IMG/VR virus record: IMGVR_UViG_3300047166_000016 | Coordinates: 3,661 to 67,660 of that record | DNA from: a virus | Direction: 5' to 3' (one strand) | DNA: 64,000 bases | Part shown: one piece after another, positions 29,267-37,755 of the stretch | How positions within the stretch are numbered: the stretch's first letter is position 1 | Layout of the letters: each line of letters starts with the position of its first letter | Program-made: the position numbers and the translations under genes | The notes under the pieces: model-generated | Databases searched by the model: none | Told to the model about the DNA's origin: nothing | What the model saw: only the letters and a program-made list of their open reading frames with translations

Positions 29267-29551
29267 CCAAACCCGCCGCACCTGTTCCGCACATGCGCCG
29301 CGCCTTCACCGTCGTATTGCTTGGCCCTGTATCCGAGCTTCGCGCCGCTTCGGTAACGGAGATCGTCGAGGCCGTAACAAAACAATTTAACTTTTCGCGG
29401 CACGTCACCGTCGCGTGCCAGGACGAAATGCCATGATAATCGTCGCAATCGCCGGAACGCTCGCCGCCCTCGTGCTGTTTCGCTGGGTGCGTGCCGTATT
29501 CGGCCTTACCCTCATGGTCGCGGCGGCGTGGTTCGCGATGATCTGCGCGGG

Positions 29552-29794
29552 ATGGGTAACTTGAGCATCGAACCGGTAGACTACCTTCCTTCTTATCGAA
29601 AGTGTCAAACATGCGATGCTGACTGCGGATTGCAATGGACAGACGGCGAACCCTGTTGGGGATCGGTCGAAGTCATCGATGAAATCGGATCGGTAGACTT
29701 AGACGGCAATCGCGAATACGAGTGGGTTCACGCTTGCAAAGGTCATCGCGAAGGCTACGGATCGTATAAGCCAGAAACGCTGCCAATAACCTAA
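29552..29794 (+). CDS. Small Cys-containing (Zn-binding) protein
   Basis: CQTC...PCWG...HACKGH. Confidence 0.5.
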   Translation: MGNLSIEPVDYLPSYRKCQTCDADCGLQWTDGEPCWGSVEVIDEIGSVDLDGNREYEWVHACKGHREGYGSYKPETLPIT

Positions 29795-29870
29795 CGGGAT
29801 GGGTGATATGAGCATAGTGCCGGATGGCGAGCCTTGTTCCGGCGCAAAGCAAAGACGATTGGAGAATGGA

Positions 29871-31157
29871 TTAAGCGATACCCTCCGAGTTGCCGAGCGT
29901 GATCGCTATCGCATAGCAAAATGTGTCGAGCAGATCGTCGGCCCGTGTCGCCGCCGCCTTATCCCCAACCCGAAACCCCGTAATCTGCGATACGAGGTGA
30001 TTGCGGCGCGACCCCTTAAACATTACGTCGTTTTTATCGTAAGCATATTCGGAAAACTTAACCTCGCCGCGATAGACCGGCCCGCTGGCGTTTATCGCCC
30101 GAATGTCCTTTCCCGCCGATGTCAACGCCGCCGGTAGCGGCTGAGCCGGCAAACCGCGCAACGCGCATTGCTGCAACAGGATAGACCCGCTCTGAGCATC
30201 TTCTATCCATGCCCCGCCAGAACCGGAACGAGCGTTGCACATCGCGGCCAGTTCGGCGCACCTATCGAACACCTGCGGTATCCAGGTCTCCAACAACGCA
30301 CCGTCGATGCTGACGATATCGTAATCGAGGATGACCAGCGGATGACCGGCACGCGGCGAAAACGAACAATACAAAACCGCCGTGCCATCGTGTTCCCGGC
30401 CGCCCTTAACCGCGCTGTCGATGACGGCGAACACCGTCTCGCACATAGTCGGACGCGGCACCGGCTTGCCGTCGACCAGCAGTTTGTCCGGCGAAAAGAA
30501 CGCCTCGCCGCTGAAATCGACAAATTCGGCGAGAAACTCCTGCCGAAACACAAGCGGGTGATTGCGCTCGCGTTCCCGCGCCAACTCATCGGGCGGAACA
30601 TACGGGCTGCTACTGGTCGGAGCGTAATGCTCCTTAAACCCGAAACTCGGATCGTTGCACAACTGCCAGAAAAAGTTCTCTGGGTCGTTGCCGTTCGGCG
30701 TGGAAAACGCCCATGCACGCGAACCAGGACGGGTGATCATCGTCGGCTTGATCGAGCGTTCCCATATGCCCATCATCTGCTTGGGCTTGGTAAACGCCGC
30801 CTCGTCGATCAGGACGAGATCGTATTCGCGCCCGCGTCCGGCCAGTTCGTTATCGTTAAGCGTCCAAAAGTCTATCTGACCGCCATTGTTAGTGCGGATC
30901 GTGCCTTCGTTCTTATTCGCGCTCAGCCGGATCGGCGATAGAATGTGCAGAATTTCGGCATACGGTTCGTGGAGTTGCTTATGCTCCGGCGTGAACAATC
31001 CGACCTTCTGCCGCCTCGCTGCTCCGTTGGAGGCGAGCGTGACAAGCTGCTTGGTCTTCCCCCACCTCCGTCCGCACCGAACCGCGTTCAGGCGGGTGCG
31101 GGCATGGAATATCTCGATCTGTTTTTCGTGAAAGAGCGGGAGGGATATGGTCGGCAT
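29871..31157 (-). CDS. terL: Terminase large subunit
   Basis: Walker A CGRRWGKT, Walker B LIDEAAF, STP motif, nuclease D residues (IDSA, DDLLD). Confidence 0.93.
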   Translation of the reverse strand: MPTISLPLFHEKQIEIFHARTRLNAVRCGRRWGKTKQLVTLASNGAARRQKVGLFTPEHKQLHEPYAEILHILSPIRLSANKNEGTIRTNNGGQIDFWTLNDNELAGRGREYDLVLIDEAAFTKPKQMMGIWERSIKPTMITRPGSRAWAFSTPNGNDPENFFWQLCNDPSFGFKEHYAPTSSSPYVPPDELARERERNHPLVFRQEFLAEFVDFSGEAFFSPDKLLVDGKPVPRPTMCETVFAVIDSAVKGGREHDGTAVLYCSFSPRAGHPLVILDYDIVSIDGALLETWIPQVFDRCAELAAMCNARSGSGGAWIEDAQSGSILLQQCALRGLPAQPLPAALTSAGKDIRAINASGPVYRGEVKFSEYAYDKNDVMFKGSRRNHLVSQITGFRVGDKAAATRADDLLDTFCYAIAITLGNSEGIA

Positions 31158-31607
31158 TTAATCGGGGAGGCCGCCGGTAATCTTTGTTTCGTCTCCATCG
31201 TCGTCACCCGGCATGTTATCGCGCGACTTACGCCACTTCCCAGGCTGACGGTTCCAAAGCCACATCGCGGCGGCGTGGGTATCCGGCGGGTAATGTTCGA
31301 CATAATCAACGATAACCGGTTCTCTCGACCCGGCCGGCATAAAGATTTTCACGGCCGGATGCGAATATCCGAGTGCCCGTTGCCTCAGACTGACCGCGAC
31401 TTCGGCATCGGCGGGTGTGCCGCCGCGCGCGATGGCTTCCGAAAATTTCGGATGTTCCACCTTCCAAAGACTGACCGTGGAGACGGAAACCTCGAAAAAC
31501 GTCGCCATTTCTTCGAGTGTTAGACCCAAAAGGGCTAACTTATAGACCTGATCCGCGTATTCTTCCCGGTATTTGGTCGGCCTGCCAACGGGGTTGGATT
31601 CCTCCAT
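31158..31607 (-). CDS. terS: Terminase small subunit
   Basis: GRPTKY, HTH, RALGYSH and YPPDT..A..WL.NRQP..WR motifs. Confidence 0.9.
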   Translation of the reverse strand: MEESNPVGRPTKYREEYADQVYKLALLGLTLEEMATFFEVSVSTVSLWKVEHPKFSEAIARGGTPADAEVAVSLRQRALGYSHPAVKIFMPAGSREPVIVDYVEHYPPDTHAAAMWLWNRQPGKWRKSRDNMPGDDDGDETKITGGLPD

Positions 31608-31726
31608 AGAACCTGTCCCTACGGTCGGCTCCGGTCTCCAAAAGCCACGATTTCAGGGGATTTTATCGGCGCCGCCCGCAACCTTGGGCAAGCGTAGCAA
31701 AAAAAGCCCACATCCCGCCGCCGATG

Positions 31727-32350
31727 TCAAGCGGAAACTTTCTCCCGTTTCCATCGTCCGCTGCGTTCGGCGGGCAGGCCGGTGTCCGGGGGTTCCGGTG
31801 CTGGAGGAGCGGCGATTGGAACGAAGGTGCGGCGCGGCCTCATATCGTCGTAATGCTCGCGGAGCCGTTCCAGGCCGGCGGCGAGGTGACCGTGGACCTT
31901 ATCGCGGCGCGTCTCGGCTTTGATTGCGAGGTCTGTGACGGTCCAATTAAGCACACACGCGCGAAAAACATACCAATAGGCGGATTGGCCGATGGCGGCG
32001 CGTGCCGCCTCGCAGTTTATCGCGGCGGCGACCCGCACGTCTTCCGGCCCCATGTCCGATCCGCCATTGCCCCGAGACACGATCGCGCCCTCGCGTCGCT
32101 GGTGGTCGTCAACGAAGCGAGACGCGGCGGCGACGTGGTGCTCCGTGATTTCCGAGGGGCAGATGCGGTGGAGGCTGTCGATGGTCCAGACGCGGCGCCA
32201 ACCCTGGACGCGGCGGACGGCTTTTCGGCGGATGGTGGCGTTGGGATCGTCGAGGTCTGGACGGTCGTCGCGGGCGACGGTCGGTTCCCGGATGACTGCA
32301 CCTAGCGCATCGACGATTTGTTGGCGCTGGATCGAGGGCGGGCCGTCCAT
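31727..32350 (-). CDS. DUF6456-like putative late-gene regulator
   Basis: C-terminal HTH-like segment; occupies the Q-like position before terS; TTGACA overlaps its stop codon. Confidence 0.55.
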   Translation of the reverse strand: MDGPPSIQRQQIVDALGAVIREPTVARDDRPDLDDPNATIRRKAVRRVQGWRRVWTIDSLHRICPSEITEHHVAAASRFVDDHQRREGAIVSRGNGGSDMGPEDVRVAAAINCEAARAAIGQSAYWYVFRACVLNWTVTDLAIKAETRRDKVHGHLAAGLERLREHYDDMRPRRTFVPIAAPPAPEPPDTGLPAERSGRWKREKVSA

Positions 32351-32435
32351 TGGATCGTCGCAGCAGTCGCGTGGCACCGTGTGGAACTCCTGCAGGGGTT
32401 TCGCTTGATTAAATAACAGGCAGATTCGCGCTGTG

Positions 32436-32651
32436 TCAACGGCCAGAATCCAGCTGCGCCCGCGCATCGACGATCCGATCCGCGATGGCAGTTTCGGCTG
32501 CGTTAGGCTCCGGCATATCCCATGCCTTTCGCAAGGCGGCGACGATGGCCTGGGTGCGTGGCATACCGGCGGCGTCGATGGCATCGACCAGCTCGCGCGG
32601 GACGCGGGCACCGATGAAGATCGTGCGCGATGTTTTATGGGCGTTGCTCAT
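32436..32651 (-). CDS. Ribbon-helix-helix protein
   Basis: IFIGARVPRELVDAIDAAGMPRTQAIVAALR. Confidence 0.7.
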   Translation of the reverse strand: MSNAHKTSRTIFIGARVPRELVDAIDAAGMPRTQAIVAALRKAWDMPEPNAAETAIADRIVDARAQLDSGR

Positions 32652-32688
32652 GCGGAACCCTACCACGGCACCCATACGGTTCCGCATA

Positions 32689-32741
32689 GCGTTAAACGCT
32701 ACTCTGCCATGCGTTAAACGCTCTGGCGTGGCGTTAAACGC
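32689..32741. promoter_or_regulatory. Three palindromic operators GCGTTAAACGC in a divergent promoter region
   Basis: Exact copies at 32689, 32711 and 32731. Confidence 0.75.
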
Positions 32742-32802
32742 CAGGATAGTCTCTACCTTGTCGAACGGACACACGCAAACGGAGGCGGCGCATACGAGAT
32801 TT

Positions 32803-32852
32803 CCTGAAGCTACCCCATCGGGCGATCCGTCGCCCGATAGAGCGGCATCAGG
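32803..32852 (+). promoter_or_regulatory. Long leader hairpin (possible RNA processing site)
   Basis: CCTGA...ATCGGGCGA-TCCG-TCGCCCGAT...TCAGG. Confidence 0.4.
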
Positions 32853-32883
32853 GCCGGACATGCAACGGATGGAGGACGAAACG

Positions 32884-33192
32884 ATGCCACGCATAATTCT
32901 GCGACAAGCAGACTACGAGATACTAGCCCGCACGGTGCTGGACTTCATGCCGCAGTCCAACTCGGACGATGCGGAATGGGAACCGCTCGACCGCGAGAGC
33001 GCGGAGGTTGTGCGGATGGCGTTGCAAACGGACCATCCGCCCGTGTTCGGGACGATCGATTTGAACCTGCAGAACGGCGCGATGCAAACCCTGCATATGC
33101 TTTGGGATGTCGCGAGCGAGACAGAAGCGAACTGCTTGGCTTTCGACGATGAAACATGGAAGCGCATCAACGATGCGTTCCCCGCATTTTGA
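32884..33192 (+). CDS. Hypothetical early protein
   Basis: GGAGG RBS. Confidence 0.6.
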   Translation: MPRIILRQADYEILARTVLDFMPQSNSDDAEWEPLDRESAEVVRMALQTDHPPVFGTIDLNLQNGAMQTLHMLWDVASETEANCLAFDDETWKRINDAFPAF

Positions 33193-33419
33193 TGGCGATA
33201 GTCTACACATTCGACAAAGACGGTGCGTTCGTCGCGGGCGATACCGAGACGCGGATCACTGTCTACGCCTATCCGACCTCGATCCATGCCCTGGGTGCGA
33301 AGCGCCATGCGAAAGCGGTCGCGCGTATCATGATCGAGGAAGAGACGCGGCACGGATTGGCGCACGAGATGGAATACGATGCGCGGAACTGGGAACGGCT
33401 TGCGAACAATGGAGGATAA
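33192..33419 (+). CDS. Hypothetical protein
   Basis: TGATG coupling. Confidence 0.55.
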   Translation: MAIVYTFDKDGAFVAGDTETRITVYAYPTSIHALGAKRHAKAVARIMIEEETRHGLAHEMEYDARNWERLANNGG

Positions 33420-33423
33420 ACCG

Positions 33424-33753
33424 ATGGCACAACACAAGGAACAACTGGCGAAAGCGATTTCCCAGGCACGCCGCGACCCGGACATGAAAGCCGGGCTGCT
33501 TGCCCAGAGGCGTCAGTTAAGTCCGCGCCAGTGGCAATGGTTCGTTGCTTTCGACGATAGCGCGGATAGATTTATGACCGTTATCGCGACGGACGACGTT
33601 CGCGGCATGACGAACAAAACTATCATGGATTTGATACTCGGATGTTGGGACCCGGAATGGGACGACATTCTGAACGATAATCCGGTCGGCGACTTTCGCA
33701 TCGGCTCAAGCGATTTCACTCAGCGAGACAAGAAAAAAGCCTCCCATCTCTGA
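33424..33753 (+). CDS. Hypothetical protein
   Basis: GGAGG RBS. Confidence 0.55.
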   Translation: MAQHKEQLAKAISQARRDPDMKAGLLAQRRQLSPRQWQWFVAFDDSADRFMTVIATDDVRGMTNKTIMDLILGCWDPEWDDILNDNPVGDFRIGSSDFTQRDKKKASHL

Positions 33754-34451
33754 ATAACAAAAGGACACACAACCAATGCACCACCATCTGGAAATCGTCA
33801 TGCCGCCCACCGACGGCATCGAGGCGGCGATAACGGAAATTCTCGCGCCGTTCGACGAAAACTGCGAGAACCAGGACATCGCGAGCAAGCATGCATTCTG
33901 GGATTGGTATCGGATCGGCGGTCGATGGAGCGGTGCGAAGTTGGAGGCACTACTCGGGGAACAGCGGATCGCGGACTTTCGCGCCGCGTTGCAGGAAGCG
34001 AATATCACCGTGAGCGGCGTGCAGGCCGGGAAACCCACGCTCTCGCCGGCGGATCAACGCGATAAGGTCGATGCGATGTGGAATGCCATGTTTCCCGATT
34101 CTCCGGTTAAGACATGCCCGCTGTTCAACCATTACAAAGGGGACTTCGGGGATGCGATGCCGCTCGGAGAATGCCCGGAAGGTTTGGCCTGTAGCCATTT
34201 GATCGTGGCCGCCTCCGATTGGCGGGATGAAAAGATCGAGGCCGTGTTCATGATCCAGGAATCGGTCTGGAACGGTGTGAACTACGTCGAAACGAAATGG
34301 GATGGCACACTCGCATCCGGGGTAGCGATGTGTGCCGAGAAGTTTAAGCCCTACAAAGCCGTATATGCCGAAAACCGCACACCGCGCCCGGATTGGCTGG
34401 TTGTCACGGTGGACTATCATTCGTGACAAGAAAAAAGCCGCCCATCGCTGA
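33727..34451 (+). repeat. 27-bp direct repeat flanking one gene
   Basis: 33727-33753 GACAAGAAAAAAGCCTCCCATCTCTGA versus 34425-34451 GACAAGAAAAAAGCCGCCCATCGCTGA (25/27 identical). Confidence 0.85.
33776..34426 (+). CDS. Conserved phage hypothetical protein
   Basis: AAGGA RBS; WDWYRIGGRWSG and WLVVTVDYH motifs. Confidence 0.75.
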   Translation: MHHHLEIVMPPTDGIEAAITEILAPFDENCENQDIASKHAFWDWYRIGGRWSGAKLEALLGEQRIADFRAALQEANITVSGVQAGKPTLSPADQRDKVDAMWNAMFPDSPVKTCPLFNHYKGDFGDAMPLGECPEGLACSHLIVAASDWRDEKIEAVFMIQESVWNGVNYVETKWDGTLASGVAMCAEKFKPYKAVYAENRTPRPDWLVVTVDYHS

Positions 34452-34516
34452 GCGGCCAAGTCTAAGGGAGGTTAGGAAACGTGTCGCGGCGCGAATGACC
34501 GGGGCAGCCGCGACAC
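34431..34516 (-). ncRNA. MmgR/suhB (alpha-r8)-like small RNA
   Basis: 5' hairpin GTGTCGCGGC/GCCGCGACAC; core GTTTCCTAACCTCCCTTAGACTTG; terminator GCCGCTCA-GCGA-TGGGCGGC-T6; upstream CTTGCG-N16-CATACA. Confidence 0.7.
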
Positions 34517-34599
34517 CTCCCTGTATGCCAAGCCGGGAAAATACGCAAGAGTAGACAACGCGGGACGGCAGCGAGCGGTTCCCGGTGGAGGGAAAGAAG

Positions 34600-34854
34600 A
34601 TGCCAGAGTTAACCGAGGCGGAAATGGCGTATCTGGCCGATGTGCGCCGACGGCTCGATCCGGTGCGGCGATATGCTGAGACCCAACGCCTTGCAGCCAC
34701 CGAACGCCGCACCGCCGCCGTGGCCCGCGTCCGGGCTTACATCGCGGCGCGGGAGGCTTCGGCCTGGGAGCCGCGCGACTTCGTGGACCGGGAAGGCGAT
34801 GCGGAACTTACGCTCGCGGACCTGATCGAGATCGTGGGGAGGGACGCGCCGTGA
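34600..34854 (+). CDS. Hypothetical protein
   Basis: ORF coupled to the downstream gene. Confidence 0.55.
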   Translation: MPELTEAEMAYLADVRRRLDPVRRYAETQRLAATERRTAAVARVRAYIAAREASAWEPRDFVDREGDAELTLADLIEIVGRDAP

Positions 34855-35213
34855 CATATCGGTTCGTTATCTCGTCCGATCCGAAAACCGGCGCGGACGT
34901 GGCCCGATGCGGTGAGCATACCGCCCGCAGTTCGCGCGCCTCGGCCGCGCACGATCTGGCCCGCGCCATTATCGGCACCGGACTCCCGGATGCACCAATC
35001 GAGGCGCGCGGCGAGGACGGTCGGTTGCGATACACCGTCCGGTCGCTGGCCGCGTTCGCGCGGTGGACCATAACCGAAACGCCGAAGCTGCGCCGCACGC
35101 GCTGGACGGCTTTCGACGTGTCCCGCTTCCGTCAGGCGCCGGATGCGGAGGAACCGCCTCCCGGCGAACACCTATCGGCGGAAACGGGCGATTGCGCCGA
35201 GAGCGCCCCGTGA
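34851..35213 (+). CDS. Hypothetical protein
   Basis: GTGA overlap. Confidence 0.55.
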   Translation: MTYRFVISSDPKTGADVARCGEHTARSSRASAAHDLARAIIGTGLPDAPIEARGEDGRLRYTVRSLAAFARWTITETPKLRRTRWTAFDVSRFRQAPDAEEPPPGEHLSAETGDCAESAP

Positions 35214-35403
35214 CCGCCGCACCCAGCTCGCGTCCGATCGCCGACGACCTTACGCCGCTGATCGCATACCGCTGGGACCTGGCCGAACTGCGCCGGATGC
35301 AACGAACACCGGAGCAGTCGCGGCGGCTGCGCCTGCGGTGCTGGGTGCGGCGGTGTTTGTGGTGGAGCGCCGCGGTGGCGCGGCGATAGGGATGGAGAGA
35401 TCG

Positions 35404-36618
35404 ATGGCCGAAAAAACGGAGCGCAACGCCGAACTGCGGCGCATGGCCGAGGCGAATATGTCCCGCGCCGATCTATGCCGCCATTTCGGGCTGACCCCGA
35501 AGCGCGTCTCCAAAATTCTGACACGCGACGGCAGGGGCGAGAAACTGGAGGCGGAACGCGCGGCCAGGAATGCGGCGATCGTCGCGGCGGCCAGGGCGGG
35601 CAACGAGACGATGAGCGCCATCGGCGAGCGGTTCGGGGTATCCGGCACGCGCGTCGCGGAAATACTTGCCGCCGCCGGCGTGCCTCCCCCGCGGGGTAAA
35701 AAACGCTACTCGCCGCTTTACAACCGCGACGAGACGCCGTGGACCGACCAGGAAATCGCCATTTTGAGGCGCGAGTGGGATGCCGGGACAACGACCGCCG
35801 CGATCGCGAAATCGATCGGACGAAACAAAAACATGGTGATTTCGAAGGTGCATCGCCTCGCATTGCCGAGCCGCCCGTCGCCGATCCGGCGGTCCGAGGG
35901 GCTGCCCGAACGCAACGCGGCGATACGGGCGGCATACGCGACCGGCGAGACGAAGGCGGCTCTGGCGCGGCGGTTCGCGCTGCACCAGGTGACGGTGTGC
36001 AACCTCGTCGGCGGATCGGATCGGCCCGCGCCACCGCCGGCCGGCTTTTCAACGCTGCCCCCGCTGCCATCGATCGCGGCGATCCCTCGTCCCGCGCCGC
36101 TCGTGGCCTCTCTGCCGCCCTCGCCCGTGCCGCCACGGGCCACGACACCCCCCGCGCCGTTACCCGCTCCACGCCAGCTTGCAACGCCCTACGTGGCACG
36201 TCCGCGCCCCATCGCCCCCGCCAGGCCAGCCGCGCCGCCCATGACGCCTCCCGCGCCCGCCCGGCATATCGCCGCCCCCGCCGAGGTCGAGGTGATGGAC
36301 TGGCGTGCGAAGGGCTGGCCCGAGCCGGGTTCGCCGGAGACGCTAGGCGGCGTCGTCGCGGCGCAGGGCATCGCGGAGCATCCGTTGGCCGGTCGGGATG
36401 CGCGGTGCTGCCAGTGGCCGCTCGGGGAGCCTGGGCGGCCTGGGTTTCGGTATTGCGACGACCCCCAGACGACGGTGCGCCGGCTCGGTCCGCTCGGATT
36501 GCCGGTGTTCGTGGCGTCGCCATACTGCGAGGCGCATAGGGCCGCGTCCGTGACGCGCTACGTGGCGCCGGGCCGAGCCGTGGCGGGATCGGCAGAAGGG
36601 GATCGCGCGGCGGTGTGA
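35404..36618 (+). CDS. GcrA-like transcription factor with three extra HTH domains
   Basis: WTDQEIAILRREWDAG...RNKNMVISKVHRL and CCQWPLGEP...YC...PYCEAH (GcrA N- and C-domains), plus three RNA.(I/L)-HTH units. Confidence 0.85.
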   Translation: MAEKTERNAELRRMAEANMSRADLCRHFGLTPKRVSKILTRDGRGEKLEAERAARNAAIVAAARAGNETMSAIGERFGVSGTRVAEILAAAGVPPPRGKKRYSPLYNRDETPWTDQEIAILRREWDAGTTTAAIAKSIGRNKNMVISKVHRLALPSRPSPIRRSEGLPERNAAIRAAYATGETKAALARRFALHQVTVCNLVGGSDRPAPPPAGFSTLPPLPSIAAIPRPAPLVASLPPSPVPPRATTPPAPLPAPRQLATPYVARPRPIAPARPAAPPMTPPAPARHIAAPAEVEVMDWRAKGWPEPGSPETLGGVVAAQGIAEHPLAGRDARCCQWPLGEPGRPGFRYCDDPQTTVRRLGPLGLPVFVASPYCEAHRAASVTRYVAPGRAVAGSAEGDRAAV

Positions 36619-36646
36619 CACGGGCGGGACATGGCGGGGCGGAGAT

Positions 36647-36668
36647 CGGCACCGGGGGGTGCCGTTTT
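36647..36668 (+). terminator. Intrinsic terminator
   Basis: CGGCACC-GGGG-GGTGCCG-TTTT between convergent genes. Confidence 0.6.
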
Positions 36669-36672
36669 CGCG

Positions 36673-37347
36673 TCAAAACCCGAGATCGCCGGTTAGCGGC
36701 TTATCGAGCGGGTAGCCTTGCCTGACGATATCGGCGGCCGCGCCTTCCTCCATCTGCACCGCCTTCTCGACCGGTTCGCCCTCCCACTTCAACCGGTCCA
36801 CCACGGAGCCGTGTTTCTCGACCAGCCGCGCCAGCTGCGTCATGGTCCACACGTCGAGCCGGCGCCCCTCGTGCTGATCGCGGATCGTCGTGGCGACATC
36901 GACCGGGAGCTTGTCGTCGATGTGCCCCGCGGCCGCGACGTTGCCGTTCGGCGAAAAGCCGGTGAATTGCGAGGCGTGGGAGGCACGCAGGACGGCGGCC
37001 TGTTCTGCCTCGGTCCTCACCACCACCAGGACGGTCCCATCGCCCAGGCGCGTCTCCCACGTCTCGGGCGCGAGGGGTTTGTTCCCGGCCGCCGATGCCT
37101 CGCCGTCCATGAACGCGAGCGCCGCGATCATCTTCGGGCCGATGGCTTGCACCGCGTCGGGATCGCAATCGTCGAGGGCGACGCGATAGGCGTCCCACCC
37201 GCGGCGGTATGACGCCAGGACCTCGGGGCTTTGCAGCCGTTCGAGGCGTCCAACCCCCCATTTCTGTTCCGAGGCCCAGAACGCGGTGTCGATCGGGACG
37301 AGAGCCGCCCGGAGACGGTCGTAGCGTTCGGCGGTCAAAGCGATCAT
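36673..37347 (-). CDS. Conserved alphaproteobacterial phage protein
   Basis: EQKWGVGRL motif; downstream of the replication gene. Confidence 0.65.
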   Translation of the reverse strand: MIALTAERYDRLRAALVPIDTAFWASEQKWGVGRLERLQSPEVLASYRRGWDAYRVALDDCDPDAVQAIGPKMIAALAFMDGEASAAGNKPLAPETWETRLGDGTVLVVVRTEAEQAAVLRASHASQFTGFSPNGNVAAAGHIDDKLPVDVATTIRDQHEGRRLDVWTMTQLARLVEKHGSVVDRLKWEGEPVEKAVQMEEGAAADIVRQGYPLDKPLTGDLGF

Positions 37348-37595
37348 TTCCGCCTCCCCTTATGATCCGGGCAATTTTTCACCATGCGATCCACGTCCGT
37401 AACCCACACAACGGATATGGCGCGGATCGGTGTTCCGCAAACCCGGCACTGAGAGGTCCACACTGAAAGTGTGATATCGTTCCCATCCTGCCGTCGAAAG
37501 TTTTCGAAGCCCGTGCATTCGTAGATCATGCCGCTTTTCCCCTTCACCCGAAGGCCGATAGGCGGTGCGACATCGTAGGGTTCGTTCATCAACAT
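37344..37595 (-). CDS. Small Zn-ribbon protein
   Basis: CRVC...CPDH; AGGA RBS; ATGA overlap. Confidence 0.55.
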   Translation of the reverse strand: MLMNEPYDVAPPIGLRVKGKSGMIYECTGFENFRRQDGNDITLSVWTSQCRVCGTPIRAISVVWVTDVDRMVKNCPDHKGRRK

Positions 37596-37637
37596 TTCCT
37601 GTCTCCATTTTCCAAAATGTCTGGGCTGGACATCAGA

Positions 37638-37745
37638 CCGGACATGTGGTAAGCGACACGTCGCTTTACCACTTATGTCCGGCCCTTCTGTCCGGCTTAG
37701 CCCGGACAAATGTCCGGGTAATGTCCGGTATGTCCGGGTGTCCGG
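37638..37745. repeat. Iteron cluster / putative replication origin
   Basis: Eight TGTCCGG or CCGGACA heptamers in both orientations (37638, 37676, 37689, 37702, 37711, 37722, 37731, 37739), just past the primase-helicase gene. Confidence 0.75.
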
Positions 37746-37755
37746 TTTCATTCTC

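Noticed and set aside
32689-32741. CtrA boxes
   Set aside because: The TTAA half-sites are 20-22 bp apart, not TTAA-N7-TTAA.
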